From assembly GCA_041918615.1 (NCBI GenBank), contig JAYRVH010000043.1, positions 143,350-207,349 on the forward strand: a stretch of DNA of 64,000 nucleotides. The letters run 5' to 3'. Below the pieces are notes generated by a model. The model had not been told where the DNA came from. It was given only the letters and a program-made list of their open reading frames with translations, and did no database searches. Below, in pieces: positions 35,271 to 47,141 of this stretch; positions within the stretch are counted from its first letter, which is position 1, and each line of letters opens with the position of its first letter. A program made the translations under genes and the position numbers. This stretch comes from Acidimicrobiales bacterium. GTDB taxonomy: Bacteria > Actinomycetota > Acidimicrobiia > Acidimicrobiales > DATDAH01.

Positions 35271-36667
35271 GGCGCGTGCTCCTCTGCTCGACGCGAGAGG
35301 AGGCCCGCGGCGAGAACCGCGACGAGCGGCATGACCGGATAGCGATAGTGAGGTTGGGCGACGGCGGCGACGATGGCGACGGTGAACAAGATGATCGGGA
35401 CCCAGATCGGCAACGCCCGACGGCACGCGGGCACCAGCACGAGGCCGGCCAGCGCCAGCAGGCAGACGACCCACAGCCACACGTTGGCCAGCGCGCCCAG
35501 CGGGTCCTGCCATGCCCCCGCCCAGTTGGTGCGTTCGTAGTTCCGGGCGCTGTCGACCACTCGCCCCTCGTCGCTCCATGTCTCCCACACCTTGTGCCCG
35601 ACCAGTTTCACCTCGGTGATCGGGTGGGTCACAGCCCAGTGCACCGCGTCGGACACCCTCGCCTGGTACCACGCGACCTCATCCGGCCCGGCGGTGCCGA
35701 GGTCCGGGGGAACGGGCAGCCCGCGGGAGCGGTACTGCTCGGCGTCGTCGTACGGCGAGCCGCGGAAGCACTCGATCCGCAGCTGCGGATTGGCCAGGCT
35801 CTTCTCCCAGTCGACCGAGATGTCGTCGTTGTGGCCGAAGCACAGAGCGGACGCGTTGCTGGTCGAGCCGGGGCTCCAGATTCCCACTTGCACGCCATTG
35901 CGAATCGTCCAAGGCACGAGCAGGACCGCAGCTCCCGCGAGGACGAGACCCGACGCCCGGACCCCGTCCCTCCACGAGGCGCGCCACGACCCGCGCCGCA
36001 CCCGAAGGGCGAGCACCGGCACCGCGAGCCCGATGATCCCGGGGGCGCGGAACAGCACCGCGAGGCCGACCAGCAGACCGGCGAGCAGCCAATTGCGACG
36101 AGGGACGTCGTCGTCCCGAGATCCGGCCAGCAGGATCACTCCCAAGAAGACGGGCGTGAACGCCGTCTCGGTGTGCGCGGTCGACGTGTAGTAGATGAGC
36201 GCGGGACTCAGCGCCACCAGCCACGCCGCGATGGCGCGGGCCCGGAGCCCGATCCAACGCTCCGCCAGCATCCCGGTGAAGCAGATGGTGAGCGCGCCGG
36301 CCACCGCGTTCACGAGCGATGCTGCGAACGCCGGGCTGAGCCAACCGGTGGCATCCGCGAAGCCCACGAACGGGGCCAGCACGATCGGGTAGCCAGGCGA
36401 CCAGTACGCACTCGGCCCACCGGCGCCGCCGAAGGTCGGGGTGTCGCCGTTGGTGAGCTCCAGCGCGATGCGCAGGTACTCCGAGGGATCGGTCGGGAAT
36501 TGGGGCGTTCGGGTCACCACGACCACCCAGACCAGGCGGAGCAGGCCGCCCACCACGATCGCGGCGACGAAGGCCCGGCGGGCAGGATGCGACCGCTCGG
36601 CGACCACACCCGGCGATGTCACGGCGGGACCCTCCTGCGACCGGACCGACCCGTCACCCAACGTCAT
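35267..36667 (-). CDS. GT-C-fold glycosyltransferase (GT39/PMT_2/ArnT-like)
   Basis: 466 aa with multiple TM helices. The first loop (TDPSEYLRIALELTNG) and general layout are typical of polyprenol-phosphate-dependent GT-C enzymes. Confidence 0.75.
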   Translation of the reverse strand: MTLGDGSVRSQEGPAVTSPGVVAERSHPARRAFVAAIVVGGLLRLVWVVVVTRTPQFPTDPSEYLRIALELTNGDTPTFGGAGGPSAYWSPGYPIVLAPFVGFADATGWLSPAFAASLVNAVAGALTICFTGMLAERWIGLRARAIAAWLVALSPALIYYTSTAHTETAFTPVFLGVILLAGSRDDDVPRRNWLLAGLLVGLAVLFRAPGIIGLAVPVLALRVRRGSWRASWRDGVRASGLVLAGAAVLLVPWTIRNGVQVGIWSPGSTSNASALCFGHNDDISVDWEKSLANPQLRIECFRGSPYDDAEQYRSRGLPVPPDLGTAGPDEVAWYQARVSDAVHWAVTHPITEVKLVGHKVWETWSDEGRVVDSARNYERTNWAGAWQDPLGALANVWLWVVCLLALAGLVLVPACRRALPIWVPIILFTVAIVAAVAQPHYRYPVMPLVAVLAAGLLSRRAEEHAP

Positions 36668-36775
36668 CCGCTCGCAATTCCTTCGTCGGCTCTCGATGGG
36701 TCCGCGCCCTCTGATCGGCGGCAAGTGTAGCTGCCACCACTTCGCGGACAACAGCGCCCACGGCGCCGCTGCGGC

Positions 36776-38179
<1,404 letters not shown>

Positions 38180-38407
38180 GGTTTTCGACTCCCTGGAGGA
38201 TGGTCGCAATTAGTCCTACGCGCATAGTAACAAACCGGCCACTCGGCTCCTCCTCACCCGGACCGCCTTCGACCTCCCGGGTCGTCCCGACCCGCCGGTC
38301 ACGCACCACGCCGGGCCGACACCGACGCCTCGGCTTCAGGGCGGGCTGTCGATGCCGATAGTCGCGTGGACCGACCACCGAGCCGAGGCCGACGGCAGAC
38401 AGCGCCG

Positions 38408-41299
38408 ATGAGCACACCCACCACGACCGACCTCGAGACGAGGCTCCCGCCGGACGGGGCCGACGACCCCGCACTCGCGTGGCACGAGGGGCCTCGCCCA
38501 CCCGCGTTCGAGGACGCTCCCGTCGGGCTCATCGTGGCCGACCGGCGCGGCCAGGTGGTCAGGGCCAATGCCAAGTGGCGGGAGATCACGGGCTTCTCGG
38601 GCGTGCTGCCCCTCCAGGACCACGAGGCGTGGGCGCTCGTCCATCCGGAGGACCGACAGGCTGTCTGGAGCGCGTGGGGACACGCCTGCTCGGTCGGAGC
38701 CGATCTCGAGCTGCGCGCCCGGATCCTCACGCGGGACGGCGAGGTCCGCTGGACCGACCTACGCGCCACACCGGTCCGTGATCGCAACGGCGCCCTCGTC
38801 GGATTCGCCGGATCGGTGCTCGACCTCACCGCCGTGCTCGACGACCAGGGGACCTTGCCGGAGACGGAGCCACGGTCGGTGGCAATCATCGACTCGCTGC
38901 CGTGCGGTATCGCCATCTACACGCCGACCGGCGAGATCGAGGCGTGCAACACCCGGGCCCACGAGATCCTCGGCGTCAGTCGCGAAGACCTGCTCGCGCT
39001 CCGGATCCCGTGGGAGACCTGGAACCTGGTGGATGTCGACGGCGGGCCCATCGACCCCGGCGACCTCCCCGCCGAACGAGCCCGTCGGGAGCACACCCGA
39101 CCGCCTGCGATGATCGTCGGGATCACACCGCCGGGACGTGCCCGCATCTGGATCGAGATCAGCGCAAGCCCCCTCGAGTTCGACGGCGGCGATCCCGGGG
39201 CGGTCGTGGCGTCGTTCTCGGACGTCACCGAGGCCAAGCGGGCAGGGGACGACCTCCGTGACAGCGAGGCCCACCTGCGCTCGATGTCCGAGTCTCTGCC
39301 GGTCGCCGTGTTCCGGTGCAACCTCGAGGGCCGCCTCACGTACGTGAACCCACGGTTCTCGGAGATGACAGGCATCGGCGGCCCCGAGACCTTCCGGCTG
39401 CGCGCCTTCGACCTGATCCACCCGGACGACCGTGCGGAGACGGTGGCGGCGTGGGCCGAAGCCACCGCCGAAGGCGACCGATTCGACGGCCGGTTCCGGA
39501 TCGTGGCCCGAGGTCACGGCATTCGGTGGGTCCAGTGCGCCCTGACCGTCGTTCGGGACAGGTTCGGCACCCCGACCGGCACCGTCGGATCGCTCGACGA
39601 CGTGAGCACGCTGGTGGCTGCCCGCGAGCACAGCACCCGCCTGGCCGCCATCGTCGAGTCGAGCACCGACCTCGTGGTCGTGTTCGACGAGGGATCCGGC
39701 GAGGTCAGGTACCTGAACGGCGCGGCGCGTGACCTGCTCGGCTACGTCGACCTCGACGGGCTCGTCATGAAGGACCTGCTCACCGAGTCATCCGACGGCG
39801 TGTACGTCGAGGACGTCCGACCCGTCCTCCTCCGCGGCGAGACCTGGAGCGGCGAGCTGGTGATGCGCTCCGTCGACGGCGAGGAGCGTCATGTGTGGCA
39901 GTCGGTGGCCGGGGAGTTCGACGACGACGGCGTCCTGGTACGGATCTCGACGATGGGTCGGGACGTCACGGACCGGCGCCAAGCCGAGAACGAGCTGGCC
40001 CACCAGGCCACCCACGACCCGCTCACCGGCCTACCCAACCGCTCGCTGCTGCTGCACCACCTGGAAGCGGCGATCGCCCGCACACGGAGGGACGGCACCA
40101 TCGTCGGACTGCTCTTCCTCGACCTCGACCGCTTCAAGGCGGTCAACGACAATCGAGGCCACGACGTGGGCGACGAACTGCTCCGCCAGGTCTCGCAGAG
40201 GATCGCAGGCGTGTTGCGTCCCGCCGACACGGTCGCCCGCCTCGGCGGCGACGAGTTCGTGGTCCTGTTCGACGAGGTCGAGAACGCCGACCATGCAGTC
40301 GCCGCCGCCCAGCGGGTGTGCGCCGCCATCGAGGACAACCCGTTCGGGGTGGCGAGCCTCGAACTGACGATGACCACGAGCGCCGGACTGGCGGTGTCCG
40401 CTCGGGGCGATCAGCCCGAGGCGCTCCTCCGGAACGCCGATGCGGCGATGTACCGAGCCAAGGAGAACGGCCGGGCGCGGCTCGAGCTCTACGACGAGGC
40501 CATGCGCCGACGCACCACGAGCCGTCGCATGCTCGCCGAGGAGTTGAGCACCGCCATCACCGAGGGCGACATCAAGGTGCAGTACCAGCCCCAGGTCAAC
40601 CTGCGGACCGGCCTCGTCGTGAGCGTGGAGGCCCTCGCCCGCTGGAACCATCCCGACAGGGACGCCATTCCGCCCTCCGAGTTCATCCCCCTCGCAGAGG
40701 ACACCGGCCTCATCGTCGGCCTCGGTCTCGCGGTTCTGCACCAGGCCTGTGAGGACGCTGCCCGGTGGCAGGCCGAGCTCGGGCCCCGCGCACCGCGCGT
40801 CGCGGTCAACCTGTCGCTCCGCCAGCTCGCCCAGCCCAACCTCCCCGACATCTTGTCCAACCTGCTCAACCAGTTCGGGGTCGACCCCTCCCTCATCAGC
40901 CTGGAGGTTCCCGAAGCGGTGCTGACGGGCGACGTGTCCTCCTCCATCGCCGCGCTCGAAGCGCTCAGCGCCGTCGGCGTGTCGCTCGCGATCGACAACT
41001 TCGGCAGGGGCGCCGCCTCGCTGATGAACCTGCAACAACTCCCGGTGGACACCCTGAAAGCGGATCGCACCTTCGTGGACGGCCTCGGGCCCGATCCGAT
41101 GGACTCGGCCATCGCCGCCGCCATCATCAGCCTCGCCCACAACCTGAACCTCGAGGTGATCGCCGAGGGAGTCGAGAACGTCGAGCAGCTGGCCGAGCTC
41201 CGGGCCCTCGGATGCGACGGCGCCCAAGGGCACCTCTTCGCCGCGCCCATGGACTCGGGTGCCGTCCGGCCGTACTTCGGCCACGTGTTCGCGGTGTAG
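38408..41299 (+). CDS. Multi-PAS diguanylate cyclase/phosphodiesterase (GGDEF-EAL)
   Basis: Several PAS-like repeats, followed by RLGGDEFVV (GGDEF) and VEALARW (EAL). The ORF track starts at 38366. Confidence 0.9.
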   Translation: MSTPTTTDLETRLPPDGADDPALAWHEGPRPPAFEDAPVGLIVADRRGQVVRANAKWREITGFSGVLPLQDHEAWALVHPEDRQAVWSAWGHACSVGADLELRARILTRDGEVRWTDLRATPVRDRNGALVGFAGSVLDLTAVLDDQGTLPETEPRSVAIIDSLPCGIAIYTPTGEIEACNTRAHEILGVSREDLLALRIPWETWNLVDVDGGPIDPGDLPAERARREHTRPPAMIVGITPPGRARIWIEISASPLEFDGGDPGAVVASFSDVTEAKRAGDDLRDSEAHLRSMSESLPVAVFRCNLEGRLTYVNPRFSEMTGIGGPETFRLRAFDLIHPDDRAETVAAWAEATAEGDRFDGRFRIVARGHGIRWVQCALTVVRDRFGTPTGTVGSLDDVSTLVAAREHSTRLAAIVESSTDLVVVFDEGSGEVRYLNGAARDLLGYVDLDGLVMKDLLTESSDGVYVEDVRPVLLRGETWSGELVMRSVDGEERHVWQSVAGEFDDDGVLVRISTMGRDVTDRRQAENELAHQATHDPLTGLPNRSLLLHHLEAAIARTRRDGTIVGLLFLDLDRFKAVNDNRGHDVGDELLRQVSQRIAGVLRPADTVARLGGDEFVVLFDEVENADHAVAAAQRVCAAIEDNPFGVASLELTMTTSAGLAVSARGDQPEALLRNADAAMYRAKENGRARLELYDEAMRRRTTSRRMLAEELSTAITEGDIKVQYQPQVNLRTGLVVSVEALARWNHPDRDAIPPSEFIPLAEDTGLIVGLGLAVLHQACEDAARWQAELGPRAPRVAVNLSLRQLAQPNLPDILSNLLNQFGVDPSLISLEVPEAVLTGDVSSSIAALEALSAVGVSLAIDNFGRGAASLMNLQQLPVDTLKADRTFVDGLGPDPMDSAIAAAIISLAHNLNLEVIAEGVENVEQLAELRALGCDGAQGHLFAAPMDSGAVRPYFGHVFAV

Positions 41300-41311
41300 C
41301 ACACCCGATGC

Positions 41312-43117
41312 TCAGGTCGAGCGGTCCGCTCGGTCGAGGGCCTCGGGTGCACCAGACCAGGTGTCGAACAGGGCCGCGTAACGGCCGTGTTCGGCAAGCA
41401 ACTCGTCGTGGGTGCCGAGCTCGGCCAGCCCACCGGCGTCGACCACGCCGACCCGGTCGGCTCGCTCGGCGGTGGACAGCCGGTGGGCGATGACCACCAC
41501 GGTGCGCCCTTGCATGAGGCGGTCCATGGCCACCTCGACCAGGGCCTCCGTCCCGGGGTCGAGGCTCGAGGTGGCCTCATCGAGCACCAGCAGGCTCGGG
41601 TCCGCGAGCGCGGCCCGAGCGAGGGACACCAATTGCTTCTCGCCCGCCGAGAGCCGAGAGCCCCGCTCGCGCACCTCGGTGTCGACCCCCTCCGGCAGCG
41701 CCGCGAACCGTTCGAGCGCGCCGATCGCAGCGAGCGCGTCCTCGACGTCTCGATCCGAGGCATGCCGACGGCCGATACGCACGTTGTCGCGGATCGAGCC
41801 CGCGAAGAGGAAGCCCTCCTGGGGGACGACCACGATCCGCTCCCGGAGCGAGCGCAGGGTCGCGTCGCGCAGGTCGACACCACCGAAGGTGACGGTGCCT
41901 TCGGTGGGGTCGTAAAGGCGGGCCACGAGCTTGGCCAGGGTCGACTTGCCCGCACCGGTGGGCCCGACGAGAGCGAGGCGCTCCCCCACCGAGATCGTCA
42001 GGTCGACCGACCGCAGGACCGTCGGGCCGTCGCCGTAGGCGAACGACACTCCCGAGACGACCAGTTCGCCCTCGCCGGGCAGGTCGACGGCAGCCTGACG
42101 CTCGGCGACGTCGACCGGGGTGTCGAGCACCTCGTAGACCTTCGCGAGACCGGCGCCCGCCGACTGCACCGTGTTGAAGAGCTGACTCAGCTGTTGCACC
42201 GGCTCGAAGAGGTTCGAGAGGGTGAGCACGAAGAAGGTGACGGTGCCGATGGTGACCGTGCCCTGGTGGACCAGCCACCCGCCCAACCCGACCACGGCGG
42301 CGGTGGTGCCGATACCGGCGAACTCGATCACCGGCAGGTACCAGGCCTGCACCTTCACCGACGCCATGTGCGCGTCGTACAGCACGCGGTTGCGCTCGGC
42401 GAAGCGTCGGCTCTGGGCGCCCTCCCGGCCGAAGGCCTGGATCACCCGCACGCCGGCGATCGACTCCTGGAGGTTCGACAACGTCCCCCCGATCTGGTCG
42501 CGCACGACCAGATAGGCCTCGTTGGAGTCACGTTGGAACTTGATGCTGGCCACAACGACGAACGGCAGCGCCAGCAGGCACACGAGTGACAGCTGCCACG
42601 ACACGGCGACCAGGACCACGATCGAGAGCACCAGCAGCAGGACGTTGCTGACGAACTGCAGCAAGCCCATCTGGACGAGCTCGGCCATCGAGTCGACGTC
42701 GGACGTCATGCGAGACACCACCACCCCGGCCTTCTCCCGGTCGTAGTACGGCATCGAGAGCTGCTGGAGCCTGTCGAACACCGCCAGGCGCAGGTCCCGC
42801 AGGAACGACTCGCCCACCCGGCTGACGACCAGGACCTGGCCGCGGTACACGACGTACGCGACCAGGGCCACGACCACGTAGGCCGCGACCGCCAGGTCGA
42901 GCGCGGCCGCATCTCCCGCGCTGATGCCGTTGTCGATGCCGTAGCGCACGAGCAACGGCCCGGCCAGGATCGTCAGCGTCCACACCACGAGGAGGACGCA
43001 CGCCAGGACGACCTGACCCCGGTACGGGCGCAGCATGGCCGCCGCCCGGCGCCCCAACCGGCGCGCCTGCTCGGCATCGAGTTGGTCGGCCGCGTCCACT
43101 CCGGCCTGGTTCCACAT
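41312..43117 (-). CDS. ABC exporter, fused permease/ATPase subunit
   Basis: 601 aa. A 6-TM domain, then GPTGAGKST, LSAGEKQ and LLVLDEATS motifs. Confidence 0.9.
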   Translation of the reverse strand: MWNQAGVDAADQLDAEQARRLGRRAAAMLRPYRGQVVLACVLLVVWTLTILAGPLLVRYGIDNGISAGDAAALDLAVAAYVVVALVAYVVYRGQVLVVSRVGESFLRDLRLAVFDRLQQLSMPYYDREKAGVVVSRMTSDVDSMAELVQMGLLQFVSNVLLLVLSIVVLVAVSWQLSLVCLLALPFVVVASIKFQRDSNEAYLVVRDQIGGTLSNLQESIAGVRVIQAFGREGAQSRRFAERNRVLYDAHMASVKVQAWYLPVIEFAGIGTTAAVVGLGGWLVHQGTVTIGTVTFFVLTLSNLFEPVQQLSQLFNTVQSAGAGLAKVYEVLDTPVDVAERQAAVDLPGEGELVVSGVSFAYGDGPTVLRSVDLTISVGERLALVGPTGAGKSTLAKLVARLYDPTEGTVTFGGVDLRDATLRSLRERIVVVPQEGFLFAGSIRDNVRIGRRHASDRDVEDALAAIGALERFAALPEGVDTEVRERGSRLSAGEKQLVSLARAALADPSLLVLDEATSSLDPGTEALVEVAMDRLMQGRTVVVIAHRLSTAERADRVGVVDAGGLAELGTHDELLAEHGRYAALFDTWSGAPEALDRADRST

Positions 43118-44931
43118 CAGTTGCCGGCTCCCGCGAGGTCCAGGCCGGCGCCGCCGGTGGCGCCCGAGCCATCCGAGGCGCCCTGCCGCTCCGTCGACGC
43201 CAGGATCTCCCGGTACCGATCACTCGTCGCCAACAAGTGGGCATGGGTGCCGTCGGCCACCACCCGGCCCCCGGCCAGGACGACCACCCGATCGGCCAGC
43301 GCGACCGTGGCGGCGCGATGAGCGATCACCACGGTGGTGCGTCCCGACATCACCACCTTCATCGCATCCCGGATCTCGTGCTCCTTGGCGGGGTCGACCG
43401 ACGAGGTGGCGTCGTCGAGGATGAGCACCCGAGGATCGGCGAGGATCGCCCGGGCGATGGCGATGCGCTGACGCTGGCCCCCCGAAAGCGAGAAGCCCCG
43501 CTCGCCGATCTCGGTCGCGTACCCGTCGGGCAGATGCTCGATGAACGAGTGGGCGCCGGCCAGGCGGGCAGCGCGTTCGATGCTCTCGACGGAAGCATCG
43601 GGGTCGGCGAAGGCGATGTTGCCCGCCACGCTGTCGCTGAACAGGAAGGTGTCCTCGAACACGATGCCGACCGCCCGGCGGAGCGCACGCAGCCCCAGGG
43701 TCGTCACGTCCACGCCGTCGATGAGCACCCGGCCCTGGCTCACGTCGTAGAAGCGGGGCAGGAGCCGGGCGATGGTGGTCTTGCCCGCGCCGGTGGCGCC
43801 GACCACGGCGACCGACCCTCCCGCGGGCACCACCAGGTCGAAGCCGTCGAGCACCGGACGCCCGTCGGGCGCATAGGCGAACCGCACGGCTTCGAAGCGG
43901 ACCTCTCCCACCGGCGACCCCGGCGAACGGGGGGCGGGCAGCCCCGCCCCGGACGGGTGATCGAGGATCACCGGCGTCGTATCGAGGATCTCGTGCACCC
44001 GTTCGGCAGATGCCACCGCCCGTTGTGCCTGGGCGATGATCATCCCCAGCATGCGGAGGGGCCAGATGAGCAAGACGACGTAGATGTTGAAGGCCACGAG
44101 CGAGCCGAGCGACAGCGTGCCGTTCAGCACCTGGTGGCCGCCGTAGCCGAGGACGGCGACGAGCCCGAGGTTCGGCAGCAGGTCGAGCGCAGGCAGATAG
44201 GTGGCCCGGATGCCGGCGGCGGCCATCGACTCGCGATAGACATCGTCCGCCTCGGCCCGGAGCCGGTCGGCCTGCACCGACTGGGCGCCGAAGCCCTTCA
44301 CCACCCGAACGCCCGACACGGTCTCCTCGACCACGCTGGCCAGCTCGGCCGACTCCCGTTGTATGCCCATGACCGGCCCCTGGAGCCGGCTGGAGAACCG
44401 CTTGGCGAGCACGTTCACGAACGGCAGTCCGGCGAGGGCGAGTACCGCCAGCACGGGGTCGATGGTGACGAGGATCACCGTCACGAGCACCACCGTCAGC
44501 AGGTTGGACATCGTCAGGGGGATGAGCACGACCAACTGCTGCACCTGCTGCAGGTCCGTGTTGGCCCGGCTCATCAGCTCACCGGTCTGCGACTGGTCGT
44601 GGAACGCGAAGTGCAGGCGCTGGAGGTGCGCGAACAGCCGGTCGCGCAGGTCGGTCTCGGCCCATCGGCTCTCACGGAAGGCCAGGTAGCGGCGGAGGCC
44701 TGTGAACACGGCGGCCACCACGCCGACCGCGACGATGAGAGCCGTCCAACGGAGCAACGCGGCGCCGTCGAAGGGGTCGATGCCCCGATCGATGGCGTTC
44801 TTCACGAGCAGTGGAACGCTCACCTTGGCCGCTGTCCACGCCAGGCCCACGAGCACACCCGCCGCCACCCCACGCCATTGACGCCGCAGCAGGGACCGGA
44901 TCAGCCGGGCGCCTGGAGAGCGCTCCGTCAC
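43117..44931 (-). CDS. ABC exporter, fused permease/ATPase subunit (partner of 41312..43117)
   Basis: 604 aa. GATGAGKTT, LSGGQRQR and ILILDDATS motifs. Abuts the downstream partner gene. Confidence 0.9.
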   Translation of the reverse strand: MTERSPGARLIRSLLRRQWRGVAAGVLVGLAWTAAKVSVPLLVKNAIDRGIDPFDGAALLRWTALIVAVGVVAAVFTGLRRYLAFRESRWAETDLRDRLFAHLQRLHFAFHDQSQTGELMSRANTDLQQVQQLVVLIPLTMSNLLTVVLVTVILVTIDPVLAVLALAGLPFVNVLAKRFSSRLQGPVMGIQRESAELASVVEETVSGVRVVKGFGAQSVQADRLRAEADDVYRESMAAAGIRATYLPALDLLPNLGLVAVLGYGGHQVLNGTLSLGSLVAFNIYVVLLIWPLRMLGMIIAQAQRAVASAERVHEILDTTPVILDHPSGAGLPAPRSPGSPVGEVRFEAVRFAYAPDGRPVLDGFDLVVPAGGSVAVVGATGAGKTTIARLLPRFYDVSQGRVLIDGVDVTTLGLRALRRAVGIVFEDTFLFSDSVAGNIAFADPDASVESIERAARLAGAHSFIEHLPDGYATEIGERGFSLSGGQRQRIAIARAILADPRVLILDDATSSVDPAKEHEIRDAMKVVMSGRTTVVIAHRAATVALADRVVVLAGGRVVADGTHAHLLATSDRYREILASTERQGASDGSGATGGAGLDLAGAGN

Positions 44932-45121
44932 GGGAGGCCTACGGGCACGGCACGGCCTACGACGGCGCGTCAGGGTCGTCGGCGACGAAGTGCACGCAGA
45001 CGTGGTGGGCGCCGTCGCCGCGGCGAGCCCTCACCGTTCGACCACCTCGTCGGCGGACGCAGCGGCCGTCTGCAGTTCGGGGCCGAACGCAGCGGGGCCG
45101 ACGGGTCCGAGGATCACCGGG

Positions 45122-45649
45122 TCAGGCTAGGCGGGTCACGAGCCGAAGCTCGTGGCGATACCGCCGCCCTCGCTGCACGTAGAGCTCGACGGCCTCCGCG
45201 AACGCGCCGAAGGGCACGGCCCCGAGGCGGAGCACCGCCGGCACGCCGAGAGCCATCGCCCCCGACGGCACTTCCATGTCGTTCGGCACCACGGCATTGG
45301 CCCCGACGATCGCTCCCGACCGGACGACGGCCCGGTGCAGCACCACCGAGCCCGAGCCCACGAGCGACCCCTCCTCGATGACGCATCCCTCGAGGTGTGC
45401 GTTGTGGCCCACCACGCACGCCGCGCCGATCGTCGTGTCGTGGTCGCCGGTGGCATGGACGATGGTGCCGTCCTGGACCGATGTGCGCGCACCCACGACG
45501 ATGTGCCCGTCGTCGCCCCGGAGCACGGCGGTCGGCCACACGGTGGCGTCCGCGCCGATGGTCACCAACCCGATGATCACCGCGTCGGGGTGGACGTAGG
45601 CGTTGGGATGGATCTCGGGGACGGCCGCGCCCAGCGCGTAGACGGGCAC
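45122..45649 (-). CDS. Gamma-carbonic-anhydrase-like / left-handed beta-helix (LbH) protein
   Basis: 175 aa from a GTG, with hexapeptide repeats (IHPNAYVHPDAVIIG..., VGHNAHLEGCVI). Confidence 0.85.
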   Translation of the reverse strand: MPVYALGAAVPEIHPNAYVHPDAVIIGLVTIGADATVWPTAVLRGDDGHIVVGARTSVQDGTIVHATGDHDTTIGAACVVGHNAHLEGCVIEEGSLVGSGSVVLHRAVVRSGAIVGANAVVPNDMEVPSGAMALGVPAVLRLGAVPFGAFAEAVELYVQRGRRYRHELRLVTRLA

Positions 45650-45657
45650 GACCGGGC

Positions 45658-46161
45658 TCAGGCTTCGAAGCGCCCGTAGCCGCCCCGGAAGAACACGAGG
45701 GGGAGGCCGGCGCTGGCGGCGTCCAGGTCGACGGCCCGGCCGATGACCACGAAGTGGTCGCCCTCGTCGTGCACGCGTTCGATCTCGCAGTCGACCCAGC
45801 CCAGCACGTCGGAAAGGACCGGCGACCCGGACCGGCCGGCGGTCCACCCGACGCCCCCGAACTTGTCGTCGCTCCTGCTGGCGAAGACCCGGCACAGGTC
45901 TTCCTGGTCAGCGGTGAGGATGTTGGCGCAGAACGCACCCGATGCCTCGATGAGCGGCCAACTCGACGAGGTCTTCTGGGGACAGAACAACACGAGGGGC
46001 GGATCGAGCGAGACCGACGCGAACGAGCCGATGGCCATGCCGACGGGTGTCCCCTCGTTCACCGCGGTGATCACCGTGACACCCGTGGGAAAGTGACCGA
46101 GCACGTTGCGGAAGTGGGCGCCGTCGATTCCTGCGGCATCCGGGCTGGTCGGGTTGGTCAC
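45658..46161 (-). CDS. Flavin reductase family protein
   Basis: 167 aa. FRNVLGHFPTGVTVIT and SVSLDPPLV motifs. Confidence 0.85.
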   Translation of the reverse strand: MTNPTSPDAAGIDGAHFRNVLGHFPTGVTVITAVNEGTPVGMAIGSFASVSLDPPLVLFCPQKTSSSWPLIEASGAFCANILTADQEDLCRVFASRSDDKFGGVGWTAGRSGSPVLSDVLGWVDCEIERVHDEGDHFVVIGRAVDLDAASAGLPLVFFRGGYGRFEA

Positions 46162-46200
46162 GATCGTGCTCCTGGGACGGCTGACGGGTCGCCGCCGAGA

Positions 46201-47061
46201 CTACCGAGGAACGGCGACTCGGGAACCCAACAGAACCGTCAGCCCCTCGGCGGCGCAGATCACCTCGTCGATCCCCGTGTCGTCCGCCATGCTCCGGGCT
46301 TGGCCGGCCAGGCGGTCGAGGGTGTCGTCGTCGTGGGTCGGGTCGTGATGGAAGAGGGCGAGTCGTCGCGCCCCCGACTCGCGGGCCACGTGCACCGCGT
46401 AGTCGACCGTGCAATGCCCCCAATGAGCTTTCTTGTCGAACTCGTCGGGGGTGAATTGCGCATCATGGATGAGCAGGTCCACCCCGTCACAGAGGTCGAG
46501 GACCGATTCGGCGATGCCGAACCCGCCGTCGATCGGTTGCTGGTGGTCGCTCAGGTAGGCCACGGAGACGCCCTCCCAGTCGACGCGGTAGCCGTTCGTG
46601 AGGCCCACGTGGGGGACGTTGCGGACGCGCACCTTGGCGTCGCCGATGGCCAAGTCGGTGTCGGCCACGTCGTGGAACGAGACGTCACCGTCCAACTCGG
46701 CGATGCCGACGGGGAAGTAGGGCGGCCGCATGAACGTGTCGAAGGCCGCGGCCATGCCCAGGCCGGGCTGCGGCGGGCCGTAGATGTCGAGGGAGGCGCC
46801 GGCGCGGTGGAGGGGGGTGAAGAAGGGCAGGCCCTGGACATGGTCCCAGTGCAGGTGGGTGACCAGCGCGACGCCCCGGAACGGGTCGTTCCCCACGAGC
46901 GTGTCGCCCCAGAAGCGCAGGCCGGTGCCCAGGTCGAGGACGATGGGATCGGCGCCGGGGGCCTCGAGCACCACACAGGCGGTGTTGCCGCCGTATCGCT
47001 GATTGGCCGGGCAGGGGCACGGGGTGGAGCCCCTGACCCCGAAGAACGTGACGTTGAGCAG
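46201..47061 (-). CDS. MBL-fold metallo-hydrolase
   Basis: HLHWDH motif and later His/Asp ligands. The start is uncertain: no ATG or GTG lies near the conserved N-terminus, so a CTG was assumed. Confidence 0.7.
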   Translation of the reverse strand: MLNVTFFGVRGSTPCPCPANQRYGGNTACVVLEAPGADPIVLDLGTGLRFWGDTLVGNDPFRGVALVTHLHWDHVQGLPFFTPLHRAGASLDIYGPPQPGLGMAAAFDTFMRPPYFPVGIAELDGDVSFHDVADTDLAIGDAKVRVRNVPHVGLTNGYRVDWEGVSVAYLSDHQQPIDGGFGIAESVLDLCDGVDLLIHDAQFTPDEFDKKAHWGHCTVDYAVHVARESGARRLALFHHDPTHDDDTLDRLAGQARSMADDTGIDEVICAAEGLTVLLGSRVAVPR

Positions 47062-47141
47062 CGGTCCCCCCTTCCTTGTGGACAACCCTAACGAACGCCG
47101 CGTGTTCACGGGGCGCGTGTGACGGGCGTCATACTCGTCCC

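Noticed and set aside
44932-45121. Short frames in the 190-nt gap upstream of the ABC exporter (for example ...GDGAHHVCVHFVADDPDAPS) might be a gene remnant.
   Set aside because: They are too short and are split over two frames, with no recognisable motif. The evidence is insufficient to call a feature.
43237-45381. A 714-aa plus-strand ORF runs across the ABC exporter gene.
   Set aside because: It is antisense to a well-supported ABC transporter, and its composition is the GC artefact type.
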